A DNA stretch of 60,925 bases from Akkermansia muciniphila (GTDB taxonomy: Bacteria > Verrucomicrobiota > Verrucomicrobiia > Limisphaerales > UBA9464), in contig CAMASJ010000001.1 in the NCBI GenBank assembly GCA_945860685.1, positions 1-60,925 on the forward strand, read 5' to 3'. The position numbers and the translations under genes are program-made. The notes beneath the pieces were generated by a model that was not told the DNA's origin, ran no database searches, and saw only the letters and a program-made list of their open reading frames with translations. Below, piece by piece: positions 48,221 through 57,146 of this stretch (the first letter of the stretch is position 1; every line of letters starts with the position of its first letter).

Positions 48221-50590
48221 TCAACTCCGAGCTGGGGTGAGGAGTTCCGAGATTCGGGACGCCTCTTCGGCGGCCTTCTGCCAAGGCACCTCGTAGATCG
48301 TCACAGGCTGTCGAAACCCTTTCACCACGACTGGCTCCAACGCGACGCAGGTCCCGGCCAAGGCCGGGGCCAGTCGCTTCAGCTCGAGGTAGGTTTCCTC
48401 GCCGATGATGATGCGGGACTTCCCCGAAACCCCTTCCAATCGACTGGCCAAGTTCACCTCACGGCCGAAGACGGTGTAGTTGAGGATGTGCGCCTCGCTG
48501 CCCATCAGCCCAACGGTCACAGTTCCGGTGTTGATGCCGGTGCCCAGCGAAAGCAGTGGCACTGGCGGGAGCGGAGGATTGGCGGCGGCTCGTCCTTCAT
48601 TCTCCAAGGCCCTTTCCTGATTCAGCCGGGCGACGGCCCGCTGGGCGTCAATGGCCGCAATGACCGCGTGGACCGCATGGGTCGGAACCGCGGCCGGTGC
48701 TCCCCAAAAGGCCATCACGCAGTCGCCGATGTACTTGTCCAAGGTGCCGTTGTGGAACTTCACGACGTCCGCGATGGCGGCCAGATAGAGGTTCACGGTG
48801 CGCAGGACCTCTCCAGCTTGTGCCTCGAAATGGCGCTCGGCTTCCACCTCGGAAAGGCCGAGCCGCCGGACATGCTCATCCGCCTCCACCTGGTAGCGGT
48901 CGGTCATCTCCGTGAAGCCGCGGACGTCGGCGAAGAAGACGGTCACCTTTCGACGGGCCCCTTCCAGTCCCAGGCGTTCCGCCTTCAGCAGTTCCTGGAC
49001 GACATTGGGCGAGACGATCTTGGAGAAGACCGACTTGACCCGCTGTTGCTCCCGTTGTGCGAAGACTGCCCGGTAGGTGACCAGAAACGGAAATGCGAGG
49101 GCCAACGCGCCGGCCAAGGGATGGGCCACCGGCATCCAGAGCCGGAACCGGGAGTAGGCTTCGAACGCCACCAACAGATAGCCTCCAGCCAAAACCGCGA
49201 CGGCCAGCAAGGCATAGGCAGGACGAACCTTCCAAGTGACGGCCGCGGCGACGAGCGTGATGGCGAAGGTCAAGGCCAACTCCGCCCAGATCGGCCATCG
49301 ATGCACAAACCTGCCGGACAACACCGACTGGGCGACGTTCGGATAGGTGCTGATCAGGAAGTCCTTCGCCGCGAGCGGAGTCGCCCCGAAGTCCGTCATG
49401 TTGTTTCCCGTGGCCGTGGACCCGATCAAGACCAGCTTCCCGGACCAACGGTTGGAGACGCTGGAATCCTCTTCAGTGTGTCGGAGTGTATCGGATGCCA
49501 CCACCTCGGACAGTGGCCGTTGAAACAGATTCGCCTGATTGGTGGCTGCAGCCATCCAGTCGATAAGGAAGTAGCCCTGCGGATCGGTCGGGATCGTACG
49601 GGATGTTCCGTTGGTCGAAGAAAGACGGATCCCATCGGGACCCACCGTGGCCTGATTGAGATCCAGTCCGACCGCCACCGCGGCGAGTAAGATTCCGAGG
49701 TTCCATCGCCGAGCCTTCTTGAGCACAGGCAATTCGACGGAAAAGCGTCCTCGAGGCACCAAGACAGTGCCCTGAGCGCCAATGGGAAACAGGGTGGGCT
49801 CCCCGGTCTCCAAGTGGATTGTGTAAAGCTGGTTGGTCGGCACCTCGATGCCGCGCATTTCCAATTCCTTCGGCGATGGGCATTCGAGTTTCATGGCCCT
49901 CAAGGCTAGAAGCAGTTCGAGGGACAGCCCCTCCACGTCGGCATAAGCCCGAACACGTCGTACCGAGCCATCGACATCCTTGGGTGACTCGACGTCTCCA
50001 ACGGCAGTTGCGGATTGCCAGAACAACGGAGCCACGCCTAATTCCTCGGTGGCTCCCATGAATACCTGACCGAATTGCCGGATCTCCGTAGCCAGCCAAC
50101 GGTCAGCATGGACCTCGTTTGTGCCTCCATCCGGGATGAATGTGTCCTCGTAGTGCTCACCTAGGATGATGTCGAAGGCCACCGCGGAAGCCCCCTGGGC
50201 ACGCAATTCCCTCAAGGCCCTGGCATAGACGTCCCTCCTCCAAAGGGGCCGCAGGGGCTCACCAATCAGCAAACCTCTGCGGATGTCCTCTATGGTGCCG
50301 TTGTCGATGACCAGGAGCCCAAGCCTAGCGTCCAGCGGTTGCGAATCCTGCGCAGCACGGCGGATTCTCCAGTCATAGAGAATGAGTTCGAGTCCGTGGA
50401 GAAAGTCGATCTTCCGGGCCAACTCCAAGCGTTGCCTTGGGCCCGCCTCCATCGATCGGTGCCAATGACGCGTGTCGTCCAACCATCGTGAAGCCAGAAG
50501 CCAACCTCCCGCCAGCAGCGCGGTAAGGCAGGCTACGAGGAGAGGTACTTTGGGGCGCAGATTCAAGGGGCGGAGGCAAAGGTCACCCAA
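48221..50590 (-). CDS. CHASE2 sensor domain / class III adenylate-guanylate cyclase
   Basis: N-terminal TM helix + periplasmic CHASE2-like region, 3 TM helices, then the cyclase domain VTVFFADVRGFTEM...GDCVMAFWGAP...GINTGTVTVGLMGS...YTVFGREVNLASRLE. The track start at 50590 is TTG. An in-frame TTG at 50566 (MNLRPKVPLLVACL...) is an alternative. Confidence 0.85.
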   Translation of the reverse strand: MGDLCLRPLNLRPKVPLLVACLTALLAGGWLLASRWLDDTRHWHRSMEAGPRQRLELARKIDFLHGLELILYDWRIRRAAQDSQPLDARLGLLVIDNGTIEDIRRGLLIGEPLRPLWRRDVYARALRELRAQGASAVAFDIILGEHYEDTFIPDGGTNEVHADRWLATEIRQFGQVFMGATEELGVAPLFWQSATAVGDVESPKDVDGSVRRVRAYADVEGLSLELLLALRAMKLECPSPKELEMRGIEVPTNQLYTIHLETGEPTLFPIGAQGTVLVPRGRFSVELPVLKKARRWNLGILLAAVAVGLDLNQATVGPDGIRLSSTNGTSRTIPTDPQGYFLIDWMAAATNQANLFQRPLSEVVASDTLRHTEEDSSVSNRWSGKLVLIGSTATGNNMTDFGATPLAAKDFLISTYPNVAQSVLSGRFVHRWPIWAELALTFAITLVAAAVTWKVRPAYALLAVAVLAGGYLLVAFEAYSRFRLWMPVAHPLAGALALAFPFLVTYRAVFAQREQQRVKSVFSKIVSPNVVQELLKAERLGLEGARRKVTVFFADVRGFTEMTDRYQVEADEHVRRLGLSEVEAERHFEAQAGEVLRTVNLYLAAIADVVKFHNGTLDKYIGDCVMAFWGAPAAVPTHAVHAVIAAIDAQRAVARLNQERALENEGRAAANPPLPPVPLLSLGTGINTGTVTVGLMGSEAHILNYTVFGREVNLASRLEGVSGKSRIIIGEETYLELKRLAPALAGTCVALEPVVVKGFRQPVTIYEVPWQKAAEEASRISELLTPARS

Positions 50591-50625
50591 AAAACAAAAA
50601 GCCCGGAGCGAAAACGCTCCGGGCT
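50589..50625 (-). terminator. Rho-independent terminator after the FecR-like gene
   Basis: Perfect 11-bp stem AGCCCGGAGCG (50600-50610) / CGCTCCGGGCT (50615-50625), loop AAAA. The minus strand continues TTTTGTTTTTT. Confidence 0.7.
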
Positions 50626-50644
50626 TCTGGAAAATTTTAGGGAA

Positions 50645-51325
50645 TTACTGCCCCGGCTGGATCTCAGACGCACCCGGGTTCGGACGGGTCGGCGTGATGA
50701 GAACCGTGCCACCCAGAGCGGAAGTGGCCGTTGAGCTCACTTGGGAAGGAAGCGGATTCGGAAGATCGTTCGCTACGACGGCTCCGATCGACGGATCAAA
50801 CTTCTGACCCTCGCTGACTTCGTATGTGTTGCCCCGGTAGGTGACCGAGACGCTGCCCTCCCACACCGCAACCGTACCGTCCTCGGTCACCTGGTACTTG
50901 GTGCCGCGAATCGCTGCCGTCGTGGTCGGGGTCTGGATGACGTACTTGGACTGGCTCGAGGTCTTCTTGACGTAGCCCGCAACCTTGCCGGCCTTGACAT
51001 TGATCTTGGTGGTGATCACCGGCTCGGCACCGGATTTGTCGAAGGAGAGCTCGTCGAACGTAACGCTCGCGTTGGCGTCCACAACCAAGGTCGGGCCGTT
51101 CTCACCCAAGAAGAGATCCAGCTTGCTGGCGGCACCAGTCGAGATCTGCTGACCGGGCTTGATGGCATCACCCACCTTGACGGCTTGGCCGTCCACAGTG
51201 ACTGAGCCCTTGATCCCGGTGATCTCGGCCTTGCCAGTTTCGGCGGCGGCGAGGGAGAGGTTGGCCACGAGTGCGCAAAGCGCGGCAACTCCGGCGAGAC
51301 GGGAAAAGGACCCGAGCTGTTTCAT
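50645..51325 (-). CDS. Secreted FecR-domain-like protein
   Basis: Signal peptide MKQLGSFSRLAGVAALCALVANLSLAAA. KAEITGIKGSVTVDGQAVKVGDAIKPGQQISTGAASKLDLFLGENGPTLVVDANASVTFDEL resembles the FecR/PupR sensor beta-sandwich. Confidence 0.65.
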   Translation of the reverse strand: MKQLGSFSRLAGVAALCALVANLSLAAAETGKAEITGIKGSVTVDGQAVKVGDAIKPGQQISTGAASKLDLFLGENGPTLVVDANASVTFDELSFDKSGAEPVITTKINVKAGKVAGYVKKTSSQSKYVIQTPTTTAAIRGTKYQVTEDGTVAVWEGSVSVTYRGNTYEVSEGQKFDPSIGAVVANDLPNPLPSQVSSTATSALGGTVLITPTRPNPGASEIQPGQ

Positions 51326-51425
51326 GGTAAAGCCTTGAGACGATTTAAGTTTCGTGACCCCGGCAGCGTAGAAAGGACGTGGAAAATGTCAACGCAGATT
51401 TCCCCGAAGCCGACGAACGGCATCT

Positions 51426-52148
51426 CTATACGCCAGTTTCTCCCGACACGTCAATTCTATCCAGTCGCCTCCTTTGAAACCACGCCACCCCGACCAGGTC
51501 GAAAAGGCCACGTCCTAGACGGTTCCAGACTCCGTATTTGGAGACACCCGATATCCGGGGCCGGTGCCCGACAGGAATCTCCAGCACCCGGCTGCCGTTA
51601 CCGGCCACAAGGATGGGAAGAAAACGATGCAACCCGTTGAAGGGGAAAAGTCCTTCGAGACTTGAACGCTTGAATGCCCGAAGCGCACAGCCGGTGTCGG
51701 CGAAGTCGTAGCCAAGGCTCCAGGTCCGAACCTTCCGGGCCACCCAAGAGGACACCAGACGCACCAGCGAATCCTGGCGACGGGTCCGACGGCCGCAGAC
51801 AAAGTCGCATCGGTCCAGCATCGCCAACATCGCCGGCAAATCCGCAGGGTTGTTTTGAAGGTCCCCGTCCAAAGTGCAGACAAACGGAGCCGAGGTCCTC
51901 GACACCCCGGTCCAAACCGCGGCGCTCTGCCCCCGGTTGCGGGCATGCCGGAAAGCGTGAATCCTCGGATTCGAAGCGGTCACCCGACGAATCACGTCCC
52001 ACGTGTCGTCCTGCGAAGCGTCATCCACGAAGACGAGTTGCCATGGCCGGGTCTCTGAAGCGAAGGCTTCCGCCACCTCCCGGGCCATGGGTTCGATGTT
52101 CCCGGACTCGTTGAAGACCGGAACCACTATGACGATCTGCGGATCCAC
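51426..52148 (-). CDS. Family 2 glycosyltransferase (polyprenyl-phosphate sugar transferase, DPM1/ArnC-like)
   Basis: GTG start. IVIVVPVFNESGNIEPMAREV...LVFVDDASQDDTWDVI...RNRGQSAAVWTG...LDGDLQNNP are GT2 DxD-type motifs. Confidence 0.88.
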   Translation of the reverse strand: MDPQIVIVVPVFNESGNIEPMAREVAEAFASETRPWQLVFVDDASQDDTWDVIRRVTASNPRIHAFRHARNRGQSAAVWTGVSRTSAPFVCTLDGDLQNNPADLPAMLAMLDRCDFVCGRRTRRQDSLVRLVSSWVARKVRTWSLGYDFADTGCALRAFKRSSLEGLFPFNGLHRFLPILVAGNGSRVLEIPVGHRPRISGVSKYGVWNRLGRGLFDLVGVAWFQRRRLDRIDVSGETGV

Positions 52149-52249
52149 CCCGGAAGGCTACCTCACCCGATCCCGCGGGACCAACCCGGAATCCCAGCCA
52201 CAACGGAACCGGTGGCAAACGCAGGCAAACCGGGCCTACTCTTTCCCGG

Positions 52250-53080
52250 ATGCCTGAACTGCCCGAAATCGAGGCCTTGGTGCAGCGTCTCCGTCCCCAA
52301 CTCGAAGGCCGCCGACTCGTCTCCACCCGCGTTCTCCATCCCCGTCCGTGTCGCCCAGAGGCACCTTCGGACTTGGATCCGCTTCTCCGGGATCGCGTCC
52401 TCCTAAGACTTCATCGCAGGGCCAAATATCTGGTTTTCCAGTGGGAACCCAAGCCGACGCAACCAAATCGTCTTCTCATCCACCTAGGGATGACCGGTTC
52501 ACTGGCATTCTCCGATTCGACTCCGGTTGCTGGGAGGCGCGATGTCGCATGGATGGAGTGGGATCACGGGCATCTCACCTTCGAGGATCCCAGGCGCTTC
52601 GGCGTGTTCACCTGCAACGATGCCGTGCTCGCAGGCCTTGGACCTGAGCCGCTATCCCCGGATTTCACTCCGGCGACCCTGGCGCGGATTGGTTGCTCGC
52701 GACAACCCGTCAAGGTGCGCTTGATGGACCCCGCCCAGGTTTCCGGGATCGGCAACATCTACGCTTCGGAACTCCTCCACCGTGCCGGCATTTCCCCACG
52801 GCGTCGTTCCGATCGGATCCGCGATGCGGAATGGCCCGTCCTGCGCGACGCAATCCGGCAGGTGCTGGAGGAGGCGATCGCACGCAACCTCCGGGCCCAT
52901 CAATTGGGCATCTCGCCCTACTACCACGAGGCGGGAACGCGCGGAACCTGGGCCGACGACGCTTCCCCGTTCCTGGTCTACGACCGGGCGAACGAGCCCT
53001 GCGCCCGGTGCGGTTCGGCGATCCGTCGATGCGAGCAGGCCGGTCGATCGACCTACTGGTGTCCCGGATGCCAGCGGTAA
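52250..53080 (+). CDS. mutM: Formamidopyrimidine-DNA glycosylase
   Basis: The N-terminal MPELPEIE (catalytic Pro2/Glu3), the H2TH motif GIGNIYASELLHRAGISP, and the C-terminal zinc finger CARCGSAIRRCEQAGRSTYWCPGCQ. Confidence 0.93.
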   Translation: MPELPEIEALVQRLRPQLEGRRLVSTRVLHPRPCRPEAPSDLDPLLRDRVLLRLHRRAKYLVFQWEPKPTQPNRLLIHLGMTGSLAFSDSTPVAGRRDVAWMEWDHGHLTFEDPRRFGVFTCNDAVLAGLGPEPLSPDFTPATLARIGCSRQPVKVRLMDPAQVSGIGNIYASELLHRAGISPRRRSDRIRDAEWPVLRDAIRQVLEEAIARNLRAHQLGISPYYHEAGTRGTWADDASPFLVYDRANEPCARCGSAIRRCEQAGRSTYWCPGCQR

Positions 53081-53170
53081 CGGCCCGTACGGACTCCGGC
53101 TCTGGACTTGCCACCGGCCCACCATCGAAAGGAGCGTCTCCCACGCGCTCAACCCAGCGCCAAGAACCGG

Positions 53171-53602
53171 ATGATTTACCCGACTCCCAGAAGGCTCCTC
53201 GTTTCAGCGGCCGTCGCCGCAATCGTCGTGTTCGGCGCCGGATGCCGCACCGCGCCGGCTTCCCATGCCGGGCCCGCGGCAGCAGGCAGCTTTGCCCGAT
53301 CGAAGCCGTGGCTCCGCACCGAGCTCTTCATGGGACCCGTGCCGATCCCGGAATGGCAAAGCTTCCTCTCGGAGGTCGTCACGCCGCGATTTCCAAGCGG
53401 CTTCACTGTGCTTGAAGCCCAAGGCCAATGGCAGGCGCCTTCCGGCGAGATCCGTTCCCTGCCCTCACGGGTGCTTGTCCTCCTGCATCCCGCAGACACC
53501 GCCTCGGAAACCGGCATCGAATCCATCCGTACCATATTCAAGGAACGCTTCGGCCATATCTCGGTGCTGCGCTCCACCTCCCCGGCCACTGTGGGATTCT
53601 GA
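53171..53602 (+). CDS. DUF3574-like lipoprotein
   Basis: ATG at 53171. Lipobox VVFGAGC. TELFMGPVPIPEWQSFLSEVVTPRFPSGFTVLEAQGQWQAPSGEIRSLPSRVLVLLHP matches my recollection of the DUF3574 core. Confidence 0.6.
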   Translation: MIYPTPRRLLVSAAVAAIVVFGAGCRTAPASHAGPAAAGSFARSKPWLRTELFMGPVPIPEWQSFLSEVVTPRFPSGFTVLEAQGQWQAPSGEIRSLPSRVLVLLHPADTASETGIESIRTIFKERFGHISVLRSTSPATVGF

Positions 53603-53609
53603 GGACGAC

Positions 53610-54218
53610 ATGGACTCCGCGACCACGCTGCTTTACCTGCCACCGTTCATCCTCGCCTCGGGATCCCCCCGCCGCGTCGAGTTACTCCGTCAACTGATCC
53701 CGGAGTTCGGCGTCGTCCGCAGCGACGCAAACGAACTGCACGACGCATCGCTCGGGGTGCGACGGCTCTGCGAGGTGAACGCCGAAAGGAAGGCCCTGCA
53801 GGTCTCCGGACGCTATCCCGAACACCTCGTGCTGGGGGCCGACACCCTGGTCTGGCTCGACGGGGAACCGATCGGCAAACCCGCCGACGCCCACGAAGCC
53901 AAGGTACTCCTGGAGAAGCTCTCAGGCCGCGTCCATGAGGTGGTCACCGGCGTCTGCTTGGTCCATGAATCCGGCCGTCGCATGCGCCTGTTCTCGGAAT
54001 CCACGCGGGTGAAGTTCCGCGGCTTCGGCGAGGATGTGGTCACGGAGTACCTCTCCAAGGTCGACACCCTCGACAAGGCCGGCGGCTATGCGATCCAGGA
54101 GCACGGAGATCTGATCGTCGAACAGATCGAGGGCTCCATGAGCAACGTCATCGGGCTGCCGCTGGAGCCGCTTCGGAACGCGCTTGAACAGTGGCGTCGG
54201 CCGAACCAAGCCGGCTGA
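53610..54218 (+). CDS. maf: Maf-like nucleoside triphosphate pyrophosphatase
   Basis: ATG at 53610. FILASGSPRRVELLRQL, VLGADTLVWLDGEPIGKP, KAGGYAIQ, and GSMSNVIGLPLE are canonical Maf motifs. Confidence 0.88.
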   Translation: MDSATTLLYLPPFILASGSPRRVELLRQLIPEFGVVRSDANELHDASLGVRRLCEVNAERKALQVSGRYPEHLVLGADTLVWLDGEPIGKPADAHEAKVLLEKLSGRVHEVVTGVCLVHESGRRMRLFSESTRVKFRGFGEDVVTEYLSKVDTLDKAGGYAIQEHGDLIVEQIEGSMSNVIGLPLEPLRNALEQWRRPNQAG

Positions 54219-55458
54219 AGAACCCAGCCAACGCGAGGAGCAGGAAGTTGGCGAAGCACAACAGCTGGCTGACCGTCCGAAACGCCGCCTCCGGCGTTCC
54301 GGACAGCAGGCGGGGCCGGATGCCGAAGAGGACGCCCGCATAGCACGCGGCGAGCAGAGCGACCCAAGGGACGAATCGGAAATCGGAACGGGCGATCCGG
54401 TCGCTGAGCAGGACATTGGCGAGGGTGAAGCACAGCATGCCCCAGGCGAACCAAGGGACCAGCGTCGCGGACAACGCGGTCGGCACCGTGGGAAACAGGA
54501 TCCGGACCGGCAGCCATGGGATCACCGTGCAACCGACCGCGGCCAATCCGCCCAGGACCAGCGTGCTGACCAAGGTGATCTTCAACGCGTTCGAGCCGCC
54601 ACCTTGGGCCGCTCCTTTCACGACCTTTGGGAACATCACCAACGCCAGCGGAACGGTGAATTGGGTCAGCGCGAATCCGATTTGCGCTCCGGTCGAATAC
54701 CGCTGCCCCAACTCGCCGATCCAAGCCGGCGGCACCACGGACTGCAGGAACACGTTGTCCAACTGCGAAAGCGCCTGGAGGGACGCCGCGGCCAGTGTCA
54801 GCGGCCAGAAGCCGTTGGGAACCGAACCACCCTTCCTGCCGGCCCCTTCCGCCAGGAACCGCCTCAGCGCCCAGGCCCCGAACGCGATCGCAACGAGGTT
54901 GCCAATCAGGGCCCCGGTGACCGCCCCCGCGGAGCCACCATCCAGCAGGAGGACGATCACACCAACCGCGCCAAGCCGCCCCAATCCATCGACGATGGAG
55001 ACCATACCGAGGCCGACGAAGTTCTGACCGCCCTGCAGGAGCCCCCGGATCAAGGCGGCGACCAGCGTGGTCAGGATCAGCCCCCAAGTCGCCCAGAGAG
55101 CCAGGGGCGAAGGCAGCTTGAGCATGCCGGAAAGCCTTCCGCCGGAGCCCAACAGGACGAGGGCAACGACGCCCATCAGGCCGAAGATCCAGATTGCAGT
55201 CCGGCGAGCGGCGGCCACCACCGTCGACTTGGCCACGGGGGTCAGGGCGGCGGCGGTCTGCTGGGCGAAGAGGTTCCAAAGTCCACCCTGGGCAGCTCCA
55301 ACCACGTAGAAGATCGCGAGCAAGGACTTGAACTGCGCGTAGACCTCCGGCTTCCGACCCACCATGATATGGACCAGTGTCATCCCGACCCCTCCGACCA
55401 AGGTGGCGGCCACCATCCACGTTCCCTGCTTGAGGAAGGCCGCCTTGGATTCGCTCAT
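54148..55458 (-). CDS. MOP-superfamily polysaccharide/oligosaccharide flippase (Wzx/MurJ-like)
   Basis: ATG at 55458 (MSESKAAFLKQGTWMVAATLVGGVGMTLV...). About 12-14 TM helices with the loose internal duplication typical of MOP flippases. Family assignment rests on topology only. Confidence 0.7.
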   Translation of the reverse strand: MSESKAAFLKQGTWMVAATLVGGVGMTLVHIMVGRKPEVYAQFKSLLAIFYVVGAAQGGLWNLFAQQTAAALTPVAKSTVVAAARRTAIWIFGLMGVVALVLLGSGGRLSGMLKLPSPLALWATWGLILTTLVAALIRGLLQGGQNFVGLGMVSIVDGLGRLGAVGVIVLLLDGGSAGAVTGALIGNLVAIAFGAWALRRFLAEGAGRKGGSVPNGFWPLTLAAASLQALSQLDNVFLQSVVPPAWIGELGQRYSTGAQIGFALTQFTVPLALVMFPKVVKGAAQGGGSNALKITLVSTLVLGGLAAVGCTVIPWLPVRILFPTVPTALSATLVPWFAWGMLCFTLANVLLSDRIARSDFRFVPWVALLAACYAGVLFGIRPRLLSGTPEAAFRTVSQLLCFANFLLLALAGFFSRLGSADATVQARSEAAPAAAR

Positions 55459-55789
55459 CAGGGGAAGTTCTAACGGCCCGGGAAGCAGGTGTCGATGACC
55501 ACGCCAATCACCGGACGCACAACCACCTCGACGCTGCGGGCGTAGGCCCAAGGGACGCTCGCGCGAAGCCGCAAAGCCTCAGCGGAACGCAGATGACTGC
55601 GGGTTCCGCGGCAGTGAAACAAAACACCACCGACGTCGCCGATTCGACTTCGAATCCGTTTCCGAATGGGATTCCTGGCAACCTTGCGTGAAGTGCGTCA
55701 CCGCTCCCATGGATCGGTTCCGGCTGAGGCAAAATCCCTTTGCCGGTCCCGCCGGCACCGATACGGTAGGGCTCGAAACCTCATCCTAT

Positions 55790-57043
55790 ATGGCCAAACT
55801 CTCTGTTCGCGACCTCGACGTCTCCGGCAAACGCGTGCTCATGCGCGTCGACTACAACGTGCCGATGGAGGAGAAGGACGGCGCGATGGTGATCAACGAC
55901 ACCACCCGCATCAAGGAGACCCTCCCCACGCTCAACCTCCTCGTCTCCAAGGGAGCCCGCGTCATCCTCGCGGCGCACCTCGGACGCCCGGACGGCAAGC
56001 GCGAGCCGTCCATGAGCCTCGCCCCGGTCGCCGTGAAGCTCGGCGAGATGCTTGGCAAGCCGGTGGCGTTCGTCGACGAGACCGTCGGTGAGAAGGCCGA
56101 GGCCGCCGCCAACGCCCTCAAGGACGGCGAGATCCTGCTGCTCGAGAACGTCCGCTTCCATGCCGAGGAGGAGGAGAACGACCCCGTGTTCGCCGCCCGC
56201 CTCGCCCGCCTTGCCGACGTGTACGCGAACGACGCCTTCGGCGCCGCACACCGCGCCCACGCCTCGACCAGCGGCGTCGCCCGGATCCTCAGCGCCTGGG
56301 GCTCCCCCTGCGCTGCCGGCCTGCTCATGGAACGCGAACTGAAGTTCCTCGGCGACGAACTCGAGAACCCCGCACGTCCCTTCGTCGTCATCCTCGGCGG
56401 CGCCAAGGTGAGCGACAAGATCAAGGTCATCGACCGCCTGCTCGAGAAGGCCGACACCGTCCTCATCGGCGGCGCCATGGCCTACACCTTCAAGCTCGCC
56501 CACGGCGGCAAGACCGGGAAGTCGCTCGTCGAGAAGGACCATACCGGCACCGCCCTCGCCGCCGAGTCGAAGGCCGCCGCCAAGGGCGTGAAGTTCCTCC
56601 TGCCGACCGACACCGTGATCGCCGACCTCAAGGACACCGGGAAGCTCAACAAGAAGGGCCGCCCGGTCTTCGAGTTCGTCAATCCGCGCGTCAACACCGG
56701 CGACATCCCGGATGAGTGCGAGGGCTTCGACATCGGACCGGAGACCGCCAAGACCTATGCCGAGGTCCTGGCCTCCGCGAAGACCATCCTCTGGAACGGC
56801 CCCATGGGCATGTTCGAGGACAAGCGTTTCGCCGAAGGCACCACCGCGGTCGCCCTCGCGGTGGTCGCGGCGACCCAGAACAACGGCGCCAAGTCGATCA
56901 TCGGCGGCGGCGACAGCGTGAAGGCGGTCAACAAGGCCGGCCTCGGCGACAAGGTCACCTTCGCCAGCACCGGCGGCGGCGCGAGCCTCGAGTTCCTCGA
57001 GGGCGTCCCCCTCCCCGGCGTCACCGCCCTCAGCGACAAGTGA
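55790..57043 (+). CDS. pgk: Phosphoglycerate kinase
   Basis: ATG at 55790. [46 protein letters not shown] and STGGGASLE. Confidence 0.95.
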   Translation: MAKLSVRDLDVSGKRVLMRVDYNVPMEEKDGAMVINDTTRIKETLPTLNLLVSKGARVILAAHLGRPDGKREPSMSLAPVAVKLGEMLGKPVAFVDETVGEKAEAAANALKDGEILLLENVRFHAEEEENDPVFAARLARLADVYANDAFGAAHRAHASTSGVARILSAWGSPCAAGLLMERELKFLGDELENPARPFVVILGGAKVSDKIKVIDRLLEKADTVLIGGAMAYTFKLAHGGKTGKSLVEKDHTGTALAAESKAAAKGVKFLLPTDTVIADLKDTGKLNKKGRPVFEFVNPRVNTGDIPDECEGFDIGPETAKTYAEVLASAKTILWNGPMGMFEDKRFAEGTTAVALAVVAATQNNGAKSIIGGGDSVKAVNKAGLGDKVTFASTGGGASLEFLEGVPLPGVTALSDK

Positions 57044-57085
57044 TCCACGGCCGGAACCCCCCACGGGTTCCGAGCCCGCTCCCGG

Positions 57086-57130
57086 GCGGAAGGCCGGCGG
57101 CCACGGCCGCCCCTTCCGCCGGTTTCGTTT
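57086..57130 (+). terminator. Rho-independent terminator candidate after pgk
   Basis: Two-tier stem GCGGAAGG-cc-GGCGGCC-ac-GGCCGCC-CCTTCCGC (57086-57119), followed by CGGTTTCGTTT. Confidence 0.6.
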
Positions 57131-57146
57131 CCAGGGCTCCCGGCCC

